From a virus (taxonomy: Duplodnaviria; Caudoviricetes): DNA of 28,950 nt. This document shows, piece after piece, positions 8,699-16,671 of this stretch. The stretch is from positions 1-28,950 of IMG/VR virus record IMGVR_UViG_3300043442_000670; one strand, 5' to 3'. Made by a program: the position numbers and the translations under genes. The stretch's first letter is position 1, and every line of letters starts with the position of its first letter. The notes beneath the pieces were generated by a model. The model was not told the DNA's origin. It was given only the letters and a program-made list of their open reading frames with translations, and made no database searches.

Positions 8699-9163
8699 GT
8701 GATCGAGCCTGAGTTCCTGGCGTCGCTGCGGCGGCGCCATCGGGCCGAGCTCGTGCTCGTGCTGGTGCAGCTGGAACAGTTGGCGCCCGGCTGGTGGCTG
8801 ACTCTTCAGGAGTTGGCCGACCAGCTGGGCACCGACCGGGCGACGCTGAACCGCAGCATCCGCAAGCTGGAGGACCTGGGCCTGCTGCGGCGGGCCTCGA
8901 TCAGCAACTGCGGCGGGACGTAGATCTGGTGGGCGCAGCGGTCTGAGGATGATGCGCCGCGGCCGGAGGATGAGCCGGCCTGGGTGCTGCGCGATGTGAA
9001 GCGGCGGCTCCAGCAGCGGGTGACGATCAGCGAGCGGTGGGAGTGGGCCAGGCGGGAGGGGATTCCGCGTCAGACGATGCGGAGCTTCCTGGCTGGCCAC
9101 CAGCGAGTGCTGCGTGAGCGGTGGGAGCTGGTGGCCACACCGCTCGATTGTTACAGTGTGTGA
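8699..9163 (+). pseudogene. MarR-like winged-HTH protein interrupted by in-frame TAG at 8921-8923
   Basis: TLQELADQLGTDRATLNRSIRKLEDLGLL HTH; frame stays open and coding-like for 79 more codons after TAG until TGA 9161-9163. Confidence 0.65.
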
Positions 9164-9199
9164 ACGACGCTAGGCGCTGCCGCGGTGGCGCCTGATGAT
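9149..9199 (+). promoter_or_regulatory. direct-repeat promoter (HLR1-like): TGTTAC-agtg-TGTGAA-N29-GATGAT
   Basis: Shared motif and spacing; followed by GGGAG-GCGA-CTCCC hairpin at 9208-9221. Confidence 0.6.
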
Positions 9200-9254
9200 G
9201 ACCTCACGGGAGGCGACTCCCACCACCCCGCCCGGCCCCGAGCCGGTTTCAGCA

Positions 9255-9488
9255 ATGGATCTCCTTCAGCAGATCGGCAGCGACATCGAGACCCAGATTC
9301 GCAACGGCTGCGGCGCTGCGATCGAGTGGACCTTCCGCACGGCGGATCGCTTCACGATCAGCGGCGACTGCGTGGCTGTCAGCCGCGCGGTGCTGTTCTG
9401 CATCGAGCACGATCTCTGCCGGATCGAGGACGACACGGTGTACGACGCCGAGCTGGACATGAGCTTCGCCTACATGAAGGCGGCCTGA
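9255..9488 (+). CDS. hypothetical protein (77 aa)
   Basis: GC3-rich ORF downstream of predicted promoter. Confidence 0.7.
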   Translation: MDLLQQIGSDIETQIRNGCGAAIEWTFRTADRFTISGDCVAVSRAVLFCIEHDLCRIEDDTVYDAELDMSFAYMKAA

Positions 9489-9498
9489 TCAGCACACA

Positions 9499-9519
9499 GC
9501 CCCGGGCAACCGGGGCCAT
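9499..9519 (+). repeat. GNRA-loop hairpin GCCCCGG-GCAA-CCGGGGC, copy 1
   Basis: 21-nt identity with 17623-17643; 10 nt after a stop codon. Confidence 0.75.
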
Positions 9520-9535
9520 TCATTTCATCACCGAC

Positions 9536-9784
9536 ATGACCAACGACAACACCCTGCTCGGCCGCTGCCTGGTGGCCTACGAGGAAGCCTTCGAAGAGGC
9601 CATCACCAGCCAGACGGTCAACCCAATGAGCCGCCGCCGTGGCGTCGCTGCGGTGCTGGAGCACCTGGCGGCCGAGATCATCGTGATGCACCAGCGCGAG
9701 CCGCGCCTGACCGTCCACGAGCTGGCGCGGCGGCTGACGCTCGAAGCGGCCGGCGAGCTGGCTGGATGGGAGGTGGACGCGTGA
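9536..9784 (+). CDS. hypothetical protein (82 aa)
   Basis: ATG 9536; stop overlaps GTG of next gene. Confidence 0.7.
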   Translation: MTNDNTLLGRCLVAYEEAFEEAITSQTVNPMSRRRGVAAVLEHLAAEIIVMHQREPRLTVHELARRLTLEAAGELAGWEVDA

Positions 9785-12051
9785 AGTATTCCGCCTTCCT
9801 CGCTTCGAAATCAACCAGCTGCCCCGCTGTTGGTTTTGACCCGCAGCAGTTCACCGCGCCGCTGTTTCCCTTTCAGCGCGACATCGTGACCATGGCCTGC
9901 CGTGTTGGCAGGTTTTGCATCTGGGCTGACTGCGGCATGGGCAAGACCGCCATGCAGCTTGAGTGGGCCCATCAGGTGCATCAGCACACCGGCGGCAACG
10001 TGCTGGTGCTGGCGCCACTGGCCGTGGCGCACCAGACCGTGCGCGAAGGCATCAAGTTCGGCATCCCATGCGCGTTCGCCGCAACGCAAGCCGACGTGCA
10101 GTCCGGCATCACGATCACCAACTACGAAAAGCTCAGTCATTTCGACCCAGCTGTCTTCGATGGCGTGGTGCTGGACGAGAGCAGCATCCTCAAGGCGTAC
10201 ACCGGCAAGATCCGCAACCAGATCATCGAGTCGTTCGCGCAGACGCCATTCCGCCTGGCCTGCTCAGCAACGCCAGCACCGAATGACCACATGGAGCTCG
10301 GCAACCATGCTGAGTTCATCGGCGTCATGACCCGCACCGAGATGCTGGCCATGTTCTTCGTGCATGACGGCGGTGACACCAGCAAGTGGCGGCTCAAAGG
10401 CCACGCGCAGTCCAAGTTCTGGGAGTGGGTCTGCAGTTGGGCGGTCACCATCCGCAAGCCGTCAGACCTGGGCTACGACGACGGCAGCTTCATCCTGCCT
10501 GAACTGCAGATCAGTGACTGCACGGTTGAGACACCACGCGATGCGATAGCAGACGATGCCGGCCAGATGGCGCTGTTTGCCATGGAAGCCCGCACGCTCA
10601 ACGATCAGCGGCAGGTGCGGAAGGCATCGCTGCAGATGCGCGTCGATGCTGCGGCGGCATTGGCCAACGACATTATTGAGCAGTGGCTGATCTGGTGCGA
10701 CCTGAACGATGAATCAAAGGCGCTCACTGCTGCCATTGATGGCGCGGTCGAGGTCAGCGGGTCCGATTCAGATGATCACAAGCAGCAAGCTGCAATCGAC
10801 TTCCAGGATGGCAAAATCCGCGTCCTGGTCAGCAAGCCGAGCATCTTCGGCTTTGGCCTCAACTTCCAGGGCTGCCACAACGTCGCATTCGTTGGCCTCT
10901 CACACAGCTACGAGGCGTTCTATCAGGCGATCCGTCGCTGCTGGCGATTCGGTCAACAGCAGCCCGTCAACGCTCACATCATCTACGACGTGGCAGAAGG
11001 CCGCGTAATCGACAACATCCGCCGCAAAGAGGCGGACAGCATCGCCATGGCTGAATCAATGGTCGCCATCATGAAGCAATCCACCATGGAGCAACTCAAA
11101 AAGATCCAGCGCCAGGTTGCCCCACACGTCACTGAACACAAGTCAGGCGAAAACTGGGACATGTACATGGGTGACTGCGTTGAAAGCATCAAGCAGCTCG
11201 ACTCAGACAGCGTGCACTACAGCATCTTCAGTCCGCCGTTCGCGTCGCTCTACACCTACTCGAACAGCGACCGCGACATGGGCAACAGCCGCAACGATCA
11301 GGAGTTCTTTGATCACTTCGTCTTTCTGGCCAAAGAGCTGCATCGCGTGATGATGCCCGGCCGGCTGATCAGTTTCCACTGCATGAACCTGCCCAGCAGC
11401 AAAGAGCGCGACGGCTTCATTGGCGTGAAGGACTTCCGCGGTGACATGCTGCGCATCTTCCAGGCTGCTGGCTTCGTCTTCCATAGCGAGGTGTGCATCT
11501 GGAAGGATCCCGTCACCGCCATGCAGCGCACCAAGGCGATCGGGCTGCTCCACAAGCAGATCCGCAAGGACTCAGCCCTGAGCCGCCAGGGCATCCCTGA
11601 CTACCTGGTGACCGTGCGCAAACTGGGCGACAACCCTGAGCCATGCGCTGGCCCATTCACTGAGTTTGCCGGTGAGAATCCGCCAGCCAAGACTGGTGAT
11701 CCGATCAAAGACAGCATCAACATCTGGCAGCGTTACGCCAGCCCCGTGTGGATGGACATCAACCCATCCGACACGCTGCAATACCGCAGCGCGCGCGCCA
11801 ATGAAGACGAGCGGCACATCTGCCCGCTGCAGCTTGAAGTGATCCGTCGCGGCCTTCAGCTGTGGAGCAACCCGGATGATCTGGTGCTCAGTCCGTTTGC
11901 CGGAATTGGAAGCGAAGGCTACGTCAGCCTTGAGATGGGCCGTCGGTTCGTTGGATTCGAGCTGAAGCCCAGCTACTTCAACTGCGCAGTCAACAACCTG
12001 CGAGCAGCTGAAGATACGAAGCAAACCACTCTGCTGAGCATGGCCGCATGA
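9781..12051 (+). CDS. SNF2-like helicase fused to beta-class N4-cytosine/N6-adenine DNA methyltransferase
   Basis: ADCGMGKT, DESS, SAT, FGLNFQ, QAIRRCWRFGQ helicase motifs, then GDCVE, SPPF (motif IV) and SPFAGIGS (motif I). Confidence 0.88.
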   Translation: MKYSAFLASKSTSCPAVGFDPQQFTAPLFPFQRDIVTMACRVGRFCIWADCGMGKTAMQLEWAHQVHQHTGGNVLVLAPLAVAHQTVREGIKFGIPCAFAATQADVQSGITITNYEKLSHFDPAVFDGVVLDESSILKAYTGKIRNQIIESFAQTPFRLACSATPAPNDHMELGNHAEFIGVMTRTEMLAMFFVHDGGDTSKWRLKGHAQSKFWEWVCSWAVTIRKPSDLGYDDGSFILPELQISDCTVETPRDAIADDAGQMALFAMEARTLNDQRQVRKASLQMRVDAAAALANDIIEQWLIWCDLNDESKALTAAIDGAVEVSGSDSDDHKQQAAIDFQDGKIRVLVSKPSIFGFGLNFQGCHNVAFVGLSHSYEAFYQAIRRCWRFGQQQPVNAHIIYDVAEGRVIDNIRRKEADSIAMAESMVAIMKQSTMEQLKKIQRQVAPHVTEHKSGENWDMYMGDCVESIKQLDSDSVHYSIFSPPFASLYTYSNSDRDMGNSRNDQEFFDHFVFLAKELHRVMMPGRLISFHCMNLPSSKERDGFIGVKDFRGDMLRIFQAAGFVFHSEVCIWKDPVTAMQRTKAIGLLHKQIRKDSALSRQGIPDYLVTVRKLGDNPEPCAGPFTEFAGENPPAKTGDPIKDSINIWQRYASPVWMDINPSDTLQYRSARANEDERHICPLQLEVIRRGLQLWSNPDDLVLSPFAGIGSEGYVSLEMGRRFVGFELKPSYFNCAVNNLRAAEDTKQTTLLSMAA

Positions 12052-12323
12052 ACGACGTCACCAGCACCATCGAAGAGCGCGGCAGCCGCTACGGCCGCTT
12101 CATCGGCAATTCCTTCATCACCCAGCAGCTCAAGTGCGTCATCCGTCATGCGCTGGAAGCACGCGAAAGGCGCCTGGCTGACGATCAGCAGGAAGCGCTC
12201 GACATGATCTGCCACAAGATCGGCCGGATCATCAACGGCGACCCCGATTATGCCGACAGCTGGCACGACATCGCTGGCTATGCGCAGCTGGTGGCAGATC
12301 GACTGAACGGCGAGGAGCGATGA
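12048..12323 (+). CDS. DUF6378-like phage protein
   Basis: 91 aa; ERGSRYG, EALDMICHKIGRIINGDPDYADSWHDIAGYA. Confidence 0.75.
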   Translation: MNDVTSTIEERGSRYGRFIGNSFITQQLKCVIRHALEARERRLADDQQEALDMICHKIGRIINGDPDYADSWHDIAGYAQLVADRLNGEER

Positions 12324-12544
12324 CCACCGACCACTGCGTCGTGGATCTCACTAGCCAGCCGCCGCGGTTCCGCTGCGAGCTGTGCGGCGCTGAGCAGATG
12401 CTGCAGCTGCCAATCTCACTGCACGAAGCCGCATGGCTGGGTGAGCAATGGATCGAGGATCACGCCGCTTGCGCTGAGCCAGAAGACGACTGGGACAGCC
12501 ACCCATCACTGACCGCTGAACAACGCAACCCGACCCTGCAATGA
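12320..12544 (+). CDS. hypothetical protein (CxxC, possible Zn-binding)
   Basis: 74 aa; ATGA overlaps at both ends; CELC...H..C. Confidence 0.65.
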   Translation: MTTDHCVVDLTSQPPRFRCELCGAEQMLQLPISLHEAAWLGEQWIEDHAACAEPEDDWDSHPSLTAEQRNPTLQ

Positions 12545-12873
12545 AGCGCATCTTTCTCCTCATCGCGCTGCTCCACCAGCTCACGCCGCCTGCTGATGCT
12601 GGTGGCCGCGCTGTGACCGCGACGGTGTACGACGGCTGGTTTCACGGCCGCACCACCTACTGCGGCGGCACGTACCGGCACTGGGGCGTGTCGGCGGCTC
12701 ATCCTTGGCTGCCGTGCGGCACACGCGTCAGGGTCAGCCACCAGGGCCGCGTGCTCACGGTGCCGGTGACCGATCGCTGCGACTGCAGCTCGATCGACCT
12801 GAGCGCCGGTGCTGCCCATCGCCTGGGTGTGCCGCTCGACGGCATCGCAACTGTTCGCATCTCGCACCAATGA
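12541..12873 (+). CDS. RlpA-like double-psi beta-barrel protein (lytic transglycosylase family) with signal peptide
   Basis: ATVY..WFHGRTT.CG, SAAHPWLPCGTRVRV, VPVTDR, IDLS..AA..LG motifs; hydrophobic N-terminus. Confidence 0.85.
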   Translation: MKRIFLLIALLHQLTPPADAGGRAVTATVYDGWFHGRTTYCGGTYRHWGVSAAHPWLPCGTRVRVSHQGRVLTVPVTDRCDCSSIDLSAGAAHRLGVPLDGIATVRISHQ

Positions 12874-13376
12874 CTGATCACAAAGCAACGCCTGAGCAGT
12901 GGGCCATGCTCGAAGAGCGGAGCGCCCCTGAATACGACAACACCATCCTCGAACTGCGCGCCAGGGTCGAGGCGCTGGAGAGCAAATACGAAACCATGCG
13001 CCTGGCCACGCTGGAATGGGGCAAGGACGTAGACAAGCTGATGTGCTGGAGCGATCAGCACCTGCAGCGGATCATGGCGCTGGAAGCTGCGCAACAGCAG
13101 CCTGAGCCGATTGACGAGGAAGAGAACGACCGCCGGTTTCATGCGTGCATGGACCTGATCCGCAACGCCACGCCGGAGCAGATCCGTGCGGCGGCCGGGT
13201 TGCCCGAGCGCAGCTCGCTGTTGGAGCGGGTGGCTGACGCCATCAACAGTGAAGCCGGGTCGTGCTTCGCCACGATTGAAGCCCGCGCCGCGATCGGCGA
13301 GGTGGCGGCAACGCTCAAAGCCCAGTGCTTCGAGCACGCCGCCAACTGGCTTGAGCAGGAAGCCGATCGTGGCTGA
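12870..13376 (+). CDS. hypothetical protein (168 aa, coiled-coil)
   Basis: ATGA overlap; ILELRARVEALE heptads. Confidence 0.7.
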   Translation: MTDHKATPEQWAMLEERSAPEYDNTILELRARVEALESKYETMRLATLEWGKDVDKLMCWSDQHLQRIMALEAAQQQPEPIDEEENDRRFHACMDLIRNATPEQIRAAAGLPERSSLLERVADAINSEAGSCFATIEARAAIGEVAATLKAQCFEHAANWLEQEADRG

Positions 13377-13593
13377 TCTCTCCCCCGCTGCCCGCGCCAT
13401 TGTGGAAGCGTTCCGCGAGCGCCACGCGGAGACCATGCGTCCAGGCCCGTTCCCCGACCGCTGGATGGAAGCCTGCCTAGCGGCCGCTCTCACCGCCCTG
13501 GCGGTCCGCATCAAGGGCGCTCCTGACATCCGCCAAGACGTGCTCGACATCGTCAACGAGCTCGAGGAGCTCGATCTCTACGACCTAACCTGA
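13369..13593 (+). CDS. hypothetical protein (74 aa)
   Basis: GTG start overlapping upstream gene; GC3-rich. Confidence 0.65.
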   Translation: MADLSPAARAIVEAFRERHAETMRPGPFPDRWMEACLAAALTALAVRIKGAPDIRQDVLDIVNELEELDLYDLT

Positions 13594-13701
13594 CCCCCAG
13601 CCGGGTCGGCTCCACCCGTAAGGGCGAGCGCCGCCGCAGTCGAGCCTGGGGTCTCGGCTGACGCAGTGTGCGGTATCGGAGGCCCGGCCCTTCTTCTCCT
13701 G

Positions 13702-14202
13702 ATGACCATTGACTGCCCGAGCTGCAGAAGCAGCCACACGCAGATGATCGAAACTCGCCCCGTTCGCACTGGCGGCCGCCGGCGCCGCCATCACTGCCAC
13801 GAGTGCTCCCACCGCTGGACGACATGGGTCGGCGAGCGACCGTTTCAGGGCCGCGACCCCAACGCCCGCAAGGGCTACCGCTCGAAGCCGCCAATGACCG
13901 AGGACGAAGTGCGCCTGGTGCTCACGTCGCCGCTCAGCAGCGTCAAGCTCGCCCGCGAGATCGGCCGATCGAAGGAGGCGGTCGCCGCGATCCGACGCGG
14001 CACTTTGCACGCGCGCATACTGCCCGAGCTGCCGCGTCGCCAGGTGCAACAACGCCCCGATCCAAGTGTGTCGTGCCATGCCTGCGAGCACTGGGAAGGC
14101 GATCGCTGCGGGATGGGCTTCCCGGATCCGCTCGAAGAGGGTCCAGCGTTCGCTGCTGACTGCAGCCTCTATGAGGTGAGCCAGTCGAGCAGCTTGGCTT
14201 GA
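13702..14202 (+). CDS. NrdR-like Zn-ribbon protein with HTH-like middle and Cys-rich C-terminus
   Basis: CPSC...IETR...RRRRHHCHECSHRWTT resembles the NrdR N-terminal ribbon; no ATP-cone; SSVKLAREIGRSKEAVAAIRRG; CHAC..C..C. Confidence 0.7.
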   Translation: MTIDCPSCRSSHTQMIETRPVRTGGRRRRHHCHECSHRWTTWVGERPFQGRDPNARKGYRSKPPMTEDEVRLVLTSPLSSVKLAREIGRSKEAVAAIRRGTLHARILPELPRRQVQQRPDPSVSCHACEHWEGDRCGMGFPDPLEEGPAFAADCSLYEVSQSSSLA

Positions 14203-14456
14203 CCGATCTCGCTCCAGTAGGGCTGCTCACGCCACCAGCTGAACACCTCGCGGTGCCCCTTCTGCCTGTTACAAACAAGGCACGCAGGCGCCAGATTGGA
14301 GCGCACCGTGAGGCCGCCTTTGCACTTCGGCCAGATGTGATCGAGGGATTGCGCCGGCGCGCCGCAGTAGGCGCACCGGTGATCCCAGGCCTCGAAGATG
14401 CGTTGCCTCCAGCTGCGGCGGGTGACGAGCTCTGCGCCCTCGATCCGCGCCTGCAT
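14169..14456 (-). CDS. HNH endonuclease
   Basis: 95 aa; CAYCG...LDHIWPKCKGG....NLAPACLVCNRQKG. Confidence 0.88.
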   Translation of the reverse strand: MQARIEGAELVTRRSWRQRIFEAWDHRCAYCGAPAQSLDHIWPKCKGGLTVRSNLAPACLVCNRQKGHREVFSWWREQPYWSEIGQAKLLDWLTS

Positions 14457-14496
14457 GGGCTGCGTGCTGCTGCGGCCAGCCTAGGGGATTCCGTGG

Positions 14497-14548
14497 TGTG
14501 AACGATTGTGACAACGGCATCGCCATCAGCTGCTGCAGTGCCGATGAT
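14497..14548 (+). promoter_or_regulatory. direct-repeat promoter (HLR1-like): TGTGAA-cgat-TGTGAC-N30-GATGAT
   Basis: Shared motif and spacing; restarts the plus-strand operon after the antisense HNH gene. Confidence 0.65.
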
Positions 14549-14572
14549 TGGCCCGTCCGCATCCCACTTACC

Positions 14573-14731
14573 ATGCGATCGACTATTGCCGCCGCCGCCC
14601 TATGGGCAGCGATCATCAGCGGGTTCTGGTTCGCGTTGACCAGCCGCCTCACCGACATGACGCGGCGCGACTGCCGCGCCGGAGCCGAGCTGGCCTGCAA
14701 GCAACTGCAGCGCGACGGAGTGAAGCTGTGA
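14573..14731 (+). CDS. small membrane/secreted hypothetical protein (52 aa)
   Basis: N-terminal hydrophobic helix, DCRAG..LAC motif; stop overlaps next start. Confidence 0.65.
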   Translation: MRSTIAAAALWAAIISGFWFALTSRLTDMTRRDCRAGAELACKQLQRDGVKL

Positions 14732-14928
14732 GCTACGCACTCATGCGCGGCGGCCGCTGGATCACAGCGCCTCAGGGCGATGGCGATCCGATCCCGCCGG
14801 TGCTCGCCATCGACAACGATCAGGCCCAAGCCTGGCGCGCGCCGAACATCGACGTCGCCATCGAGCGCCAGCAGCTGCTTCGGCGGTGCTGGGGCTGGGC
14901 CACTGAAATCCGCGTCATCCGACCATGA
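14728..14928 (+). CDS. hypothetical protein (66 aa)
   Basis: GTGA/ATGA overlaps with both neighbours. Confidence 0.6.
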   Translation: MSYALMRGGRWITAPQGDGDPIPPVLAIDNDQAQAWRAPNIDVAIERQQLLRRCWGWATEIRVIRP

Positions 14929-15143
14929 GCCGCGTCTACCTGCTCAACTACCAGCCCTGGCGCTTCGAGCCAGGTGATCACGTCTACGTCCGCACCTGGC
15001 CCCAGGATGAGCGCGCCGTCGTGCTCTGTCAGCTCGCTGCTCACAGCTGGCCTCACTACCTGGTGATGGACAGCGTGGGCATTGAGTGGCGAGTGAGCCA
15101 GCTGGAGCTCTCAAGCCGGCCGATCGTCACGCTGTCGACATGA
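14925..15143 (+). CDS. hypothetical protein (72 aa)
   Basis: ATGA overlaps both ends; beta-rich FEPGDHVYV. Confidence 0.7.
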   Translation: MSRVYLLNYQPWRFEPGDHVYVRTWPQDERAVVLCQLAAHSWPHYLVMDSVGIEWRVSQLELSSRPIVTLST

Positions 15144-15463
15144 AGCGCGAGCGCCTCCATGCCCGTGGCCTCTGCATCGAGACCGGGCGCGACTGGAACG
15201 GCCGCTGGTTTATCGCCTGGAAGCCGGACGTGAGCCAGCTGTTCCGCGACACCAGGGCCATGCTGCGCTGGTTGGCGTGGCCGGTGAAAACGCCAACAGG
15301 CGACAGCATCCGCTCCTGGATCGCCAGCCTGGAGGCGGCCGACGCCGAACACGTGGCCGGCTCTGCAGGGCCAGCAAGAGAGGAGGTGCTCGCCACCGGC
15401 TTCGGGCCCGAGTGCCACCACGACGAGACCGACCCCAACCACAACACCCGCACGATCATCTGA
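15140..15463 (+). CDS. hypothetical protein (107 aa)
   Basis: ATGA overlap at start, TGATG at end. Confidence 0.7.
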   Translation: MKRERLHARGLCIETGRDWNGRWFIAWKPDVSQLFRDTRAMLRWLAWPVKTPTGDSIRSWIASLEAADAEHVAGSAGPAREEVLATGFGPECHHDETDPNHNTRTII

Positions 15464-15621
15464 TGACCAACCGCGACTGCGACCCCGCTGAGCAGCAGGC
15501 TCGGCAGGACGAACTGGAGCGCCTCTACGCCAAGGACGGCCGCCACAACCACGATCACCCGATGCACTGCTTCTACACCGGGCTGGCCGTCGAACACGCC
15601 CAGCAGGAGGCGAGCAAGTGA
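15463..15621 (+). CDS. hypothetical protein (52 aa)
   Basis: TGATG coupling; RQDELERLY..DGR...HP....YTGL. Confidence 0.65.
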   Translation: MTNRDCDPAEQQARQDELERLYAKDGRHNHDHPMHCFYTGLAVEHAQQEASK

Positions 15622-16136
15622 CCATCCTTGCCGACTGGGAGATCGTCGCTCTTTGCGAAGGCGGCATGGTGACGCCGTTCGAGCGCGAGCTCGTGAACCC
15701 GGCCAGCCTCGACGTGCGTCTTGGTGGCACGCTGTTGATCGAGAGCGTCTCCAGCCCCGAGGCCTGGTGCCCCTACCCGCTGCACCAGCACACCGAAGCG
15801 AAGCCCTACCTGCTGGTGCCCGGGCAGTTCGTGCTGGCCCAGACGGTCGAGACCTTCCACCTGCCGACGAACATCGCCGCGCAGTTCATGCTCAAGTCGA
15901 GCCGGGCCCGCTCCGGCCTTGAGCACCTGATGGCGGGCTACTGCGACCCAGGCTGGAGCGGCTCGGTGCTGACACTGGAACTGCACAACAGCCGCCAGCT
16001 GCACCCTGTCGCCCTCTGGCCCGGCATGAAGATCGGCCAGATGGTGTTCCACCGGATGAGCGCCACGCCGCTGCGCGACTACCGCATCACCGGCCGCTAC
16101 AACGGGGACCAGCAGGTGACCGCCAGCAAGGGGTGA
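15618..16136 (+). CDS. dcd: dCTP deaminase
   Basis: 172 aa; ILADWEI, NPASLDVRLG, PGQFVLAQT.E, KSSRARSGL, AGYCDPGW.G..LTLEL.N, PGMKIGQMVF. Confidence 0.92.
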   Translation: MTILADWEIVALCEGGMVTPFERELVNPASLDVRLGGTLLIESVSSPEAWCPYPLHQHTEAKPYLLVPGQFVLAQTVETFHLPTNIAAQFMLKSSRARSGLEHLMAGYCDPGWSGSVLTLELHNSRQLHPVALWPGMKIGQMVFHRMSATPLRDYRITGRYNGDQQVTASKG

Positions 16137-16140
16137 GATC

Positions 16141-16338
16141 GTGTCGCGGCGCGAGTGGAACACGCCGGTGCGGGAACCTTGGAACCCGCTCATCCACCAG
16201 CTGCTCCAGGCGGTCGATCGCCACAACCGTCAGCTGTTCATCACAGGTGATCCGTGGCACGCGGACAAGGCGGAGCAGCTGCGTCAGTATGTGCGCGATC
16301 TCAAAAGCTGGATCCACCAGCAGGAGGGACGCGAGTGA
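16141..16338 (+). CDS. hypothetical protein (65 aa)
   Basis: REWNTPVREPWNPLIH..L.A.D.H...LR.YV..LK.WI. Confidence 0.7.
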   Translation: MSRREWNTPVREPWNPLIHQLLQAVDRHNRQLFITGDPWHADKAEQLRQYVRDLKSWIHQQEGRE

Positions 16339-16424
16339 GCCTGCATCAGTTCGTGCTCCTGGCGCTCAGCTACTCGATCATGTGCGCCATCATTCTGTGG
16401 ATGGCGTCGCGTGTGCTGCCATGA
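16335..16424 (+). CDS. 29-aa single-pass membrane peptide (MSLHQFVLLALSYSIMCAIILWMASRVLP), not in ORF track
   Basis: GTGA and ATGA overlaps with both neighbours; GGAGG upstream. Confidence 0.55.
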   Translation: MSLHQFVLLALSYSIMCAIILWMASRVLP

Positions 16425-16594
16425 CTGACGACCCGAAGGTGATCGGCCGCTGGGAGATCAACGGCGGCGCGATCGAGCAGCTGGAGAACGCAGAGGGCCA
16501 GCTCTACTACCGCGCCTGCGCGCACGGCTACTGCCGTTATGCGGAAGATCTGTGGTGCGCCGAGCTCTACTTGTCGCAGCTGCTGGCGCGCTGA
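16421..16594 (+). CDS. hypothetical protein (57 aa)
   Basis: MTDDPKVIG...YYRACAHGYCRYAEDLW; ATGA overlap. Confidence 0.65.
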   Translation: MTDDPKVIGRWEINGGAIEQLENAEGQLYYRACAHGYCRYAEDLWCAELYLSQLLAR

Positions 16595-16671
16595 GCGAGG
16601 ATCTCGGCCGCCCAGGCTTCGTGCTCGGCGGTAACGGGGTAGCCGGCGGCGCACTCGATCTCGGCCACCTG

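Noticed and set aside
8921-8923. Genome-wide stop-codon reassignment
   Set aside because: The two internal stops differ (TAG, TAA), TAG terminates genes at natural ends (19380, 28176), and no suppressor tRNA was seen
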